From contig ML978133.1 of assembly GCA_010015805.1 (NCBI GenBank), positions 186,001 through 250,000 on the forward strand: a DNA stretch of 64,000 bases. Direction: 5' to 3'. The notes beneath the pieces were generated by a model that was given only the letters and a program-made list of their open reading frames with translations, was not told the DNA's origin and ran no database searches. Both the position numbers and the translations under genes were made by a program. Numbering within the stretch: position 1 is the stretch's first letter; each line of letters starts with the position of its first letter. Shown in pieces: positions 1-11,320 of this stretch. This stretch comes from Rhizodiscina lignyota (Eukaryota).

Positions 1-358
1 ACATCTCCGATGGGCAACGCAAACACCTCAACAGTCAACTCCCTCGGAAGAGGTTGTGCTGAGCAGATATGCGACAGGCAAGACTCACGTTTTGTAGACT
101 ATAAAGGTAGGTACGGAAGAGAGAGGCACATCAAGGACGAAAAGAGACGGCAACAGCACAGGAGGCTGAACGATAGATGATAATAGCCACCAGTATCGCA
201 CGGTATCACCGTATCAGGCTCTTGCCGAGTCAAAGAAATTGAATAGTTCCCCTTCTTGCTCTATACAGCAATAAGAGTCATAAACACATGGGTAGAAACT
301 AGAAAGCGAATGTGGATTTATCTAAAGAAGGTTATCGTCAACAACAAGTATCCTAGTC

Positions 359-897
359 TCAGTACTTTTTTCCCTTTCTTCTTTTTAATATCATTCTGTT
401 TCGACATCCAGCTTGTGTTGAAGAGTTACTATTCCAAATCATGATCCAAAAATGTATCTCGATTCGCCCGATGAGCGCATGATAGTATGGTAACATAACA
501 TGCTGATTTAGCCAGGCTGTGGTCCGATTAGAGATTGCCTTCTTTGAGCTTAAAGGATGGCATACGCAGCTGGCCCCAGGGCCATTGTTAGAATGACAGC
601 TTTGACCATTGCTGCAAACAGAACCGGACGTGCACTAAATAAGGGAGATGTAAAGTTAGCTTATGGTGTTTAACTGGAGAAAAGATAGTTATAGCATCTT
701 GAAGCTGAATGACGTACGCATTGTCCTAGACCTGGATCGCCATTGACTTGACACAATATTGGGGCGAAACCGCTGCCGCCACACTCCGAGTCGGCCACAC
801 AGCTGCTGGCAAGTTGGCGCTCGAGGACTTGAGCTGAACCAAGGACTTGGGCTGAACCGAGGGCAGCGAGGAGGACTAAATGAAATACAGAACGCAT
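359..897 (-). CDS. Small secreted cysteine-rich protein (effector-like); 3' end uncertain
   Basis: Hydrophobic signal peptide MRSVFHLVLLAALGSAQV. Exon 1 897-718 ends at a GTACGT donor. The intron 717-635 has a GCTAAC branch and TAG acceptor. Exon 2 reads CTSGSVCSNGQSCHSNNGPGASC, giving 8 Cys with a CC across the junction. A possible second donor (GTATGC) at 565 makes the C-terminus ambiguous; unspliced read-through stops at 359. Confidence 0.6.
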
Positions 898-1994
898 TTT
901 TAGCTGCTTTGGTGGGAGTCGTGCGGATGCAATCGCTGTGGTATGGAATGCTTCTGAGAATGTCTCGCCATAGGGAAGTATCCCTTTTTATACCGGGAGA
1001 CCACGGCTGAATGTTTGAACCATCTCTCAACTCAGAGGGATATCTCCCCAGAAACTGGAAGTAACCTTCGAAGTTCCTTTAGCCGCTTTGCGAAAAGTCG
1101 ACTTGCATATGAGTCTAACGTAAGACTTCGCATGCTCTTACTAAGCGTTGACATTGAACTTTGATCTCGTAGATCGATAACTCTTTAAGGAGGAGATAAT
1201 TCTACAATATCCAGGCGTTGTTGTTTCCCTTACAGATTTTTCCTGACCCTGCAGTCATCCCCATATGCGGAGGCGGGGCGGGCCGGACATGATTTTGCCT
1301 AATTGCAGCATTACCTTACAATTGTATCTGGCCCCTATATGTCCTATAAGGCACCTTCATCCCTTTTCTTAAACAGCATTCAGCCGAAGAAACAGGCAGG
1401 CCGCCCTGGAACCCCTAGCATCCAAACCGAGTCAACCGAATCTATAAATGCCATTCAGTCTTTGGCCGGCCAACGTCCTTCCCAAACAAGTACACTCTTC
1501 AGACATAGGACACAAGATGACGCGGGGAAGCTGGATGTAGATCTAAATACACGAGGAAAGCTGCATTTGACGGACGTTAAAAAGATGGAAGAGTATAGGC
1601 TAAGAGACCGTAGACGAATTTGGACTGAGAAGTAACTTGAAGATGCAAACGAGGATTCCAACCGAGCCCAAAAACCGAAAGAAATTCATCACCCCTGTTC
1701 GGCTGCCCGTGGGCCGGGGAATCGAACATAAGCGAATTAACATGTCCGCCGCATCGGAACAGGTCCAATCCTAAGGACAGGAAAACACAGAGCGATACTG
1801 AGCCCCCAAGCAACGTCCAACATTACTCGGCCTCTTCTCAAATTGTTCCAGGTTGAGGGAATCCTTCCATCAGCGTCATGACGACACGGAGTAGGGATCC
1901 TGGCGATCGGGCTCCTGATCCTGTCCACTGGTTAGACCGTTCCAAGGTCAGCTAACATGTCATTCGATTCAATTCGATTTCCCCGGCATGTCGT

Positions 1995-4393
1995 CTATGA
2001 CGATGCGGCGCCGTTCGTCCCTACGTTCTGAGACGCCAATGCTCTTGCAGCCTTCTCCGCAGCTTCTTTAGCCTGGCGAAGTCTCTCGCGCTCAATCGCA
2101 GCAGCCTCTTGCCTCCGTTGGAGCTCGGATTCTTGGGTTTTCTCATCTACGAGGCCACATCTTAGCCCTGAGTACGCGCAGGGGGGAATGATAATTCTGG
2201 AGAACGATTAAGCGTATGGGACTCACCAGAACTCTGGGGCTTGTGACGGAACCAGCCCGCAATCATGTTTCCCGCCTTCTTGATCGTTTTGAAGAGCAAA
2301 GAAAAATTCTGCTTGATAAAGCTGCTGCCGAAGACAAAATCCCAGACGTTGTCGAGTACGTCGGAAACATAGACGTCCCGACGAAAGGCCTTTCCAGAAA
2401 CACGAAACTGCATGTTGCGGATAACGCCCCGGATCGTGATTTCGTGCCCGCTGAGACTGTATGTTGGACATTCTTCGAAATTGGTAGAGACCTCTGACTC
2501 CCTTCCCATCTCACGGATCAATCTTCCGGAGCAGCAAAGAGGTACGTAGGAGCCAGAATCCATATATCCAGAGGCTGACATAGGAGGGAATCCACTCTTA
2601 TCTGGGAATTCCATCTCGCGGCTGAAAAATTGCTAGACAGAACTTCAGTCAGAATCGGAACGGGACCAGTGCATAGCGGACTCACCTCATCCGTCATGTC
2701 ATTCTCAATTCTTTGACGAGCCCCTCGACGGTGACGTGCTCTGGCCGGTGGCTGTAGGAATGGAGCATTGGGATGATACGATGCCTTCTGCTCAATCGGT
2801 TTGTCTGGAAATAAAGGGATCTCTTCGATACAATCAAAATCACATAATCCGAGTTCTTCACATTCGCGAGGAGAAACTGTTTTCCGTGGTATAGTAGATT
2901 CCTCGGGGCCATGAAGAGTTGCACTGCGGAAAACCGATGCACTACGGAAAACCGATGGAGTGTCTCGATTTTGTGTAGGACGAAATTGCTGCTCCGATGG
3001 ATGGGGCTCCAACTGGTAGCTGCACTGAGCCGCGAAATAGGTCCTCCGATAGCTTGTCCACATTTCGTCGGTAGAGGGAATATAGTCTCGCTTGTGGAAG
3101 CAGCGCAGATGCTCTTGGAGATTTTCGTTGCGAGTAAAACCACTGCCGGTGCTGCGTTTGCAGGTCGGTTCAGGACATAACAAATGCTTCCTCGTGCCCC
3201 CATGCAGCCCATGCACTTCACGCTGGTGTCGTAGCAGCCCGCCGCTGTAGGTGAAGCCTAGCAGCTTCGCGCACTCCGCTCGGTCGCAGCGATATGGTCT
3301 GTCGTGCTTATCCATATGCTTTCTACGATCGATTAATATGGCTCCCCGGTGATCGTGGAGTGTCTATGCTTACCCCCACTCGCATTTGCGGTCAAATGTA
3401 AGACCTGCACAGCTTGGATCTGCCTCACATATCATCTTTCCATCAGCGTTGCAGGGTGGATCGCGGCGAATCTTGGACGCATATCTACGAGGGGGAGCGA
3501 TGATGTGTGGGAGATCTGAGTCCGAGTCTGAGAGAGCTGCAGAAGCGTCTGTATCATTCATAGCTGAAGGCGAGGGCGACTGCATCAATTGCTCTTCGGG
3601 CAGAATTCCGTCCGCTAGAAGCAACGTGCTATCAAACTCTTCCTTGAGCATTACCACTAGATCTTCCTCGAGCTTTATCGCTTGCTCTTCCCACGCCTGC
3701 TTCTCCTTCTCGAGCTCTTCAGCACGCGCCTTCTTTCGCTGTCGAGAGTCAAGCCTTGAAGTAGAAGTTAGCGAATTGCTATCACCCAGAGGTTAAACGC
3801 CTAAAACTGGTCTGATATACAGAAAGGGGGACGTACGCAGCTTGCCGATTCCTGAGAAGTCGCTTTTGTTGTTTCAATTCCTTGATCATCTCCTCATCGG
3901 AGATCATCTTCTCAATGTTATCAAGGTTCAGTTCAGGAGGAATCTCGAACCGAGCATTCTTCTGAGGAGTAGTACTAGTAGATAAAGCACCGCCCGAGGG
4001 TAAACCTGCAGGATTCTGTCTATCGTTGCTCGCCCAAACCTTGAGTACATATATTGTATGGCCATCTAGGACCTTCACCTGCTCTAACGTATGATCTTCA
4101 CTGAGGCGGTGGCCAGAGAAGACAAGGCGTTGGCGGTCTACGGGAAGGTCGGTATATTCTGAGGAGATCTTGGATTTGAGGTCACGGATGGTCGTAGAGA
4201 GGGGTAGTGTGAAGACGCGCCTCTCACCCGAGGAGATTACTTTGATGGTGACTTGCGGCTCAAGCGCCTTGTCCGCGGCGGTGGGAAAAAGAGGTGTATG
4301 CTTGACGAAAGGAGCTCGTGTAAGGGGATAGTTGGGGATGGACATGTCGACGGGCCCGTAGTAGGCTTCCCCGGACCAGTAGTCCTTGTCCAT
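1995..4393 (-). CDS. Chimeric 5-exon gene (~710 aa): ubiquitin-like domain + bZIP + 3 C2H2 zinc fingers + retropepsin-like aspartyl protease domain + coiled-coil tail
   Basis: Exons 4393-3837, 3754-3374, 3322-2686, 2632-2227 and 2146-1995 total 2133 nt with all phases compatible. The introns are GT..AG, of 82, 51, 53 and 80 nt. Motifs: UBL (TIRDLKSKI..RQRLVFSGHRLSEDHTL..DGHTI); bZIP KQQKRLLRNRQAA|LDSRQRKK; zinc fingers CEADPSC..CEWG|KHMDKH, CDRAEC..HQREVH and CPEPTC..HLRCFH; protease-like GYMDSGS..WDFVFGSSFI. Confidence 0.75.
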
Positions 4394-4462
4394 TGTAAGA
4401 TGATTATGATGAAAACGTATGTCAGAATCGAGTTGGGCGCCTGATGCCGTTCTTGGAGTAAT

Positions 4463-5746
4463 ATGGCTTGGGCCAGTATGGGGAGCTCAGCGGGCGAAAA
4501 AGGAAGTGATATCTCACTCGCACTCGAGAGACCCCCGAGTGCAGGTAAGGCAGCAGAGGCACGAGTTGAAAATAATTTGGTGCTCTGGCGGGACACGACG
4601 CGTAGAAAAGAGAAGGCGGGCAAGGCAACTGGGTTGGGCACAGCCTCAGATGCGAACCATCGAAAAAGAAAACTCCGCAGGGCTTCCTTTCGCAGAACGT
4701 TTATTCCGTACGACCCTGCACTTTATCACCCTAATGAAATGAAAGGTTATACAAAAATTGCGGCATTGATGTCGCAGTACCCTGAATCAGCCATAGTGAA
4801 GAGGTTCAGTGATTTAAACATTCAAAATATTCTCTACCTTCAGGCTGAGCTGGTTGGGCTGCAACAAGACTTACGAAGGTGTGAGGCTGAAAACGAAACA
4901 TCAAGAGACGTGGAGAAAGAACAATTATTGCTGGATTGGTACACTTTGAGCAGTACAAGAGATGGAGAAGAAGACAACGAGCAATGGCAGTTAGCACTTC
5001 GGATCCGTGAGAAGCTGAAGGAATATGGTGCCGTTCATCACTTGGCCATTTGTGACAGCAGGCGCTGAGGTTCGATGTTGTAGATGAAGCTGTCGTTCGA
5101 TACAGTCAAATGCTCTCCCTGCAAGAGCCCGGAGAGTATGAGCTCAGAAACCTTCAGGAGTGGTTCAGACGACCGACGATGGGAGCCGTGTACCTGACAG
5201 GCAGGGACCGAGATGTGTGGAAAGACGGAGTCGATCTCGTAGCTTTAAAGAGCGCAGAGCGGCATTATCCATTTGTAAGCTGGTTAAACGGACTCACTCC
5301 AACCTTCCATCGGATATTTGGGAAATACTATAAGGTACGTAAGTTGGGTTGAGTGTTGGAGAGGAGAATGTTGATGTAACAAGCACCCTGACCCAACAAC
5401 CGCCGACTTCGCTCCGAATACCGTCTACTACACCGACTCGAAGATATCTAGTTTTGCTGCTTTGATAGGTGCGGTGATTGCTTCACTGCTACCGGTTCTT
5501 GCCATTGTCGTCCTCTACTTTGTGACGGAGATGGGAAAGCGACTTGGTTTGGTGGCGGCGTTTACTGCAGTCTTCTCCATATGCCTTTGGTTTCTTACGG
5601 AGGGGCGGCTGATCGAAGTCTTCTCTGCGACGGCAGCGTAAGTACTTTCGTGAAGGGCGGCTTTAGAAAGACAGACGATGTTAACCAGGCATAGATTCTC
5701 CGCGGTCCAGGTTGTCTTCATAAGTACGAACACTCCAACAGGATGA
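4463..5746 (+). CDS. DUF6594-family membrane protein (about 3 C-terminal TM helices)
   Basis: N-terminal family signature GYTKIAALMSQYPESAIVKRFSDLNIQNILYLQAEL. Introns at 5028-5083, 5335-5383 and ~5638-5695. C-terminal hydrophobic segments IASLLPVLAIVVLYFV, RLGLVAAFTAVFSICLWFL and EVFSATAAFSAVQVVFIS. The start could alternatively be a downstream Met near 4734-4739. Confidence 0.8.
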
Positions 5747-6147
5747 GATCCTTGCCAGGTGCTATATTAAACCCCTCCTACGGAGTAGTCAGACGAAAAC
5801 GTCATTTCTAGCAGCGGCCATGGGCAGGCTTGTATTACATACGATAGCATTAATCAATGTTCTGCATATAGCAAGCATTTGATATCATCGATTCATGTAT
5901 TCCATCTCCAATACCTCGATAACCATTCGAGCAATTCCAAAAAAGTGACGCTGCTTTTGACTAAACAAATCACACATAGCAGTGCAGGTATAATGAATCC
6001 GTAGGACGCCATCTCAAAAGCAAAATCTTTCCAGGCCGCCATAGCACAGTCCCACAATTCCAATCCATGAGGCCTTAACGCCTCTATCCCGCCATGTCTC
6101 CATCACTTCATCATATGTCCATGGGTGTCCCCCAGATTCGACATCAA

Positions 6148-7473
6148 TCATTGCGTGCTCAACAAATCCTTGACGCTCATTCCTCTCCCACTCCATGCCC
6201 TGCGGTCGGTATTCAGCATCAACAGCGCACTCGCTGTGGCCTCATGGTCCTCGGTCGTCAGTTCTCGTGAGTTGCCTCTAGCGCTGATATCAACACTACT
6301 AGCACTTAGTGGGCCTTGACCCCGCTGCGCCTGAATCTCTGGCGAAGCAAGGCTTAGGCTCGGCAGCCGCGGCGGATACTGTTGTTGCTGCGCGAGGAAC
6401 GCAGGGGATGGCAATGTGCTGAGAGATTGATTCGCGCTAGTGCCGGGACGGCTGAATAGAGGAGACTGGGTTGCGGATGGAAGAATGGCGGGAGAAATTG
6501 AAGGACGGGATTGCGTGGCAGTAGAGCTTGTGTAGCGACGATCTTGGAAGGCGACGGGTTGTGCTGGTGGTGCTTCGGACATCTCGTCGTCAGACGCTTC
6601 CGAGTCTTCGTAGTCCCCATCGACGTTTGGGGTCGTACGGGTAGTAGTGGTCACGGAGGGAGGAGGGAGGGTAGTGAGGTTCTCGAGTCGGTCACTGGCG
6701 GAAGAGGGTTTGCAATTCTTGTGAGCGGCTTTCAGCTCGGCGACGCAGATTTCGAGGTAGCGCATATATTCTATGCTGGCCTGAGACACAAGTTAGCATT
6801 ACATTGGCCTACGAGTCTTTATCCAAATTCCTACCTGGAGGATAGCCAGCTTGTGCATGTCTTGGCCGCTACATGCTGGTATCATATCCTTCAAGACTCC
6901 AAACTCCTCATTCATCTTCGAGCGTCGTCGGCGCTCAATGAGACTATGCGCTGTCTTCCGAGCAATCTTCCTTCCAGCCGCCGTTGAAGCGGTAGGTTGC
7001 TTCTTCTTCCCACCAGTCGCACCAGCATTGCCATTCGCTGGTGGAGCAGTTGCGCCCTTGGTGGGCGAGTTCGACATCGGCGTCGACGGTTGCTGCTCTT
7101 GTACCTTCCCCTTCGCCGTCTGGGGCTTCATCTGAATAATCTTCCTAGAGCGCGTCGGCGGCGGAGGAAGCGCATAGTCCTCGCCATTGTTTGCGCCAAT
7201 TTCTGCGGCAGCGCTGGAGCGCTTTCGAGCGGAAGTTGAGGGTTGGCTCTTATCGAGGGCTTTCTGGCTCGACCTTGCTTCCGGCGACGCAGGCGAAAGC
7301 GGGCGGTACGAGGAGTCCGAGTTGGCGGAGGTGGTGCTGCTAGAACTGATGCTCGCGCGAGCGCTGTTTATGGCGGCGGGCGGGAGTTGGATGGTGTCGA
7401 GTTGAGCGGACAGCGCATTTGGCTTACCCGCAATGTCGGTCGAGGGCGCCGGGGTAGGCGGGAGGTTCGCCAT
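6148..7473 (-). CDS. bHLH transcription factor
   Basis: ARKTAHSLIERRRRSKMNEEFGVLKDMIPAC..MHKLAILQ|ASIEYMRYLE, joined by intron 6834-6781. S/P-rich flanks and a C-terminal MSVKDLL motif. Confidence 0.9.
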
Positions 7474-7791
7474 GGTGCGCGCTGCTGGAGAGGAAAATTC
7501 AAAGAAAGAGTGCACTGAGATTTGAAAGAAGGGCTTGGCCTCTTCTTGAGAGGAGCGTGACGATCATTGATACGGCGATGAGGGCGAGGGGAGGACGGCA
7601 ACAAGACCTACATCTGCTCGCGTGCCAGTCTTGCAACCACCAGAGAACATGTGAGGCAAAAACGACCCAAGGCTAGGAGCGTGGCAGCGAGTTCCGCGCT
7701 GATTGGGCGTCGCCCGCCATGCTGCAGAAAGCGGGTAGATATTGATTTCCGCAGCAGCGGAGTAACGAATCGCTATTTCCCCCCAGACGCC

Positions 7792-8339
7792 CACGTGCGC
7801 GCTCAATTTGCGATGATGGCCATGAGGGTCTGCCCCGGCGCTGCCCTAGTCGCGCATTTCTTACGGTTATGTTGCATGTTCCGTACAGCCACTGCTACCA
7901 CCCGCTTTCGCAGTCTCCTTGTCTCATCGCCCGCGTAACCAAATCAGAGAGAGAAGCGAAGCACGAGCGATAACCGTTGAGCGCACTTTGGCCAGTCGCT
8001 GGGCTGCCGAACATATTTCATCGGCCAAAGTAGGAGGATCAGTGCGCCATCCTTCTCCACCCTTATCCGTGCTGCCGCGCAGGACAGGCCTGGAGGAACT
8101 GGAGACGCGATTTCGATAGCACGTGCTCCTGTTCGCACGCTGTTGCGCGGAAGATCGTGAGTCGCTCCTTCAGGCAAAACTTTTCTGGCGCGTAAAGCGG
8201 ACACACGCGACTCGGCGCCGCTCGTGCTTTCTAATGGGCCCTCAGTATGAGGGGATCGGAGGCGTATCTCTCGTCAGAGAGTGGAAATCCACCACTGTCC
8301 CTGCATGGCCGCCTTCATTTCTTTCCTTTGCAGCACGTG
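7792..8339. promoter_or_regulatory. Cluster of three CACGTG E-boxes upstream of the bHLH gene
   Basis: CACGTG at 7792-7797, 8120-8125 and 8334-8339, all within 870 bp of the bHLH start codon. Confidence 0.45.
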
Positions 8340-9153
8340 AAGCAGTTGCCATGAAGTAGGGGGAGCGGAGTGTACCTGCGGCGTTTCAACTCCATGGAAA
8401 GCACATCTATTCATCGCGATTCGTTCGATATCGAGCGGGAACCTGCCTAGAATACGCGGCACGTTGCAACCTCCGACATCTGACAGGGCGTTTGGCTGTG
8501 CGCTATGGACGTGCCAAGGTTCGTGAAGCTGGTGTTGAACATAAAGACACCCATTCTTCGTGATGCTACGCGTGATGGTTGAGCCGTGGTTTGACGCGGA
8601 GTTCGAATTCTCCGGCGATAGCGCGAACACTTCCTGAGCTGTGCTTTAACGTTGTGTTCGTTCTTCGACGATGGAGCTGGAGTTCGACGTAGACGCTAGA
8701 CTGTGCGATCGACGCGCCCCTAAGTGAACAGTTGCAACCCGACGCTAAGACCAGATTCTTTGCTGGGAACGCGAATACTAGGTACGTGAGCTGCAGTTGG
8801 GCCTCAATGACAGCGCGAACGCTTGTCAGATGGCGATTCAACAACAAGACCATCGCTATGCTCATCCACTTCACCTTGTGCATTAGCACCGTGTTCCATC
8901 AATCGTCTGCTTCGAGATCATTCACTGGCTCCGCGAATAGATGTCGAGATGCAAATCAAGCCCTCGTATTCATCAACAGTAAGTCTTGGATTAAACATTT
9001 GCGATTAACATTTGAAGGTATCTGGTTAATATCAATCGAACGAGCGGATCTCATCAAGAGCGTGCTCATGAGCGAGAGTGGATATACCCCAAACGAACCC
9101 AAAACGCCGTGTCGAAGCACTTTCCCGCGCATCTATGCATATCCCATCATCCG

Positions 9154-11320
9154 TTATCTTTTTGTACTGGTAGTCGTCGCCTTCGTAGAGCTGGTCTTTT
9201 TTGAAGTCGTCTTCTTGTCATCGTCATCATCTTTGGTCTTCGTAGAGCTGGTCTTGCTCGAACTCGTCTTCTTATCATCATCGTCATCTTTAGTCTTTGT
9301 ACTCGAAGTTGTCTTCGACGAGCTCGATTTAGAGGTAGTAACTGTCTGCAAGGTAGTCGCGCTGCGTGTGCTCCAGTACTCCTCCAACTCCTCCTCGAGC
9401 TCGCTAACATCAGAGTATGCATCCAAGTCGGTAAAGTAATTGACCTTGTCTTCGATTGCAGAGTCAGAGAAGTCGCCTGTGCGATCGGTCAGATCGGTCG
9501 CGGAGAACGACTTTGCGCGGTACCGTGGCTCCATGGGATCGATGAAGTGTGTCTTCTCTGTGTAGCCGAAGTCTTCGAGCCCAGTGACATTGAAAGCAGC
9601 CATCATCTCGTGGTCTTCATGAATGAGGTTGTGGCAGTGGAACATATATCTAAATCATGTCAGCTTGGCAAATCCGAATGTTAACCTTAAAGGGCAAACT
9701 CACAGCCCGTCCCAAGGTGCATATCGTGCGATGACTTTAACTGTCTCGCCTTTCCCCAACCACACAACGTCCTTCAGGGCGACCTTCTCGTACGGTAGCA
9801 CGGTGTTGCGCTGGCCTCCTGTGCGCGAGATGATCTGGAAGTCGATGAGATGGATATGGATGGGATGCGTCCAACCGCCGGACGAGTTCTCAAGTTCCCA
9901 GACTTCTATAGCGCCACGCAGAGGCTTCGCCATGACGCGATTCGCTTCGTCCGCCCAGGTCACGCCGTTGATCTTCCACTGTCCTCCGCTGCTCTCGAAC
10001 CGGAAATGTCTGTCAACTGTGGTCTTGAACGGAGGGAATGGGACGTCACGGAGCTTTGAGGGAATAGGGCCATTATTCTCAGTGCTGGTGACCACTGTAC
10101 CCACGACAAAGCGCATGACACGGTCAGTCCCCGCGTATTTGGTGTCTGCGCCAATATCGCCGACATTCTTAAAAGTCAGATTCTTGCCTGCGTAGCTAGC
10201 AAAGTCAATAACCACCTCCCAACGCTCGGCCATTGAAATGTCGAGGTCGGTAGTCTGAACCGAGTTCAGAAGCAAGCCAGTATCCGAGCCGATGACCGTC
10301 ATGGGAATCTTAGTGCTGGTCTTCGTATCTTCAACCAACGAAAGCTCGAAGGAGCGGCTGACGGCAGAGTTCAAGAAGCGGAAGCGGTATTTGCGTGGCT
10401 CGACCTTGAGATACGGCCACGGTTGACCGTTAACGTGGAAGACGTCGCCATATATGGAGGTCTTCTCGCCATTCTTCTCAGGGTCCCAGAGCGAGCCATC
10501 TTTCTACTCAACGTTAGACTAGCTGTGGCGAGTGTTGATGGCGGAGAGTGAGCTTACATTGTAACGCCTTGACGAAAGACCGAGAGCCACTTCGTATTTG
10601 CCGGACGGGAGATTGAGTGCCTGCTCCTCAGGATCGGATAGAATATAGAAGCCTGCTTGGCCAAAGTAGGCATTCTCGGCAGTGTGGTCAATCGCATGGT
10701 CATGGTACCATAGGGTCCTTGCCGCCTGTACGTTTGGATAGTAATAGTCCTTGTATTGGCCTGGCTCTGTCGTGTCTTCTGCCCAACTAACAATATGTTA
10801 GAGTCATGAACTTGTAGAAGTCAAATTGGACTTACCCATCAAATGGGGCGCGGGAGTACGAGCCGTGAAGGTGCACAGAGTTTGCACGATCCGCGTGGTT
10901 AATGAATCGCACAATTGCTTCGCGGCCTTGGGTCATTCTGAAAGTTGGACCGGGAACTTGACCATCGTAACCGACCAGGCGCGTCTTGCCGAGGCCAGGG
11001 TAGAGTTGCTGTTCTACTGGCTTGATGTCGACTTCATAATAGTCGATTGGGTTCCCGGTGGCAGGGTTGGTGAAAGTTCTATACTCACACTTGTTAGGCT
11101 CTGAGGCAGGAGGTCAGAATGACATAAAGGTCGAAGCCGGTGCTGGTTGGCCGGACGTCTGGGACGAAAGAGGAGAAAGATAGAAGACTTACTTCAATGG
11201 AGACTTCGTCGATGGGAGGGGAAGAGGAAATTGGAAGAAATATTTGTACTCTGGGCTCTCCCAATCTTTTGCAAGGGAAAGAGTAGCGAATGACGAGAAA
11301 AGAAGTGCGTTAATTAGCAT
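9154..11320 (-). CDS. Secreted multicopper oxidase, bilirubin oxidase-like
   Basis: Signal peptide MLINALLFSSFATLSLA. Copper-binding motifs VHLHG, WYHDH, HPIHIH and MFHCHNLIHEDHEMM lie in spliced exons (introns near 11192-11079, 10836-10789, 10557-10505 and 9704-9650). S/T/K/D-rich tail. Confidence 0.93.
9181..9310 (-). repeat. 57-bp (19-aa) tandem repeat in the oxidase C-terminal tail
   Basis: TSSTKTKDDDDDKKT(S/T)S occurs twice, plus a partial third TSSTK. Confidence 0.8.

Noticed and set aside
2227..2632. Retropepsin motif as evidence of an LTR retrotransposon
   Set aside because: No gag, RT, RNase H, integrase or LTRs nearby, and the exon is bounded by spliceosomal introns.
2921..2957. 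18-bp tandem duplication (SVFRSA twice) in the chimeric gene
   Set aside because: Simple in-frame slippage in a linker; only weakly informative.
9200..9290. DDDDK (FLAG/enterokinase-like) motif suggesting vector contamination
   Set aside because: No DYK prefix; it is embedded in a native S/T-rich repeat with divergent codons.
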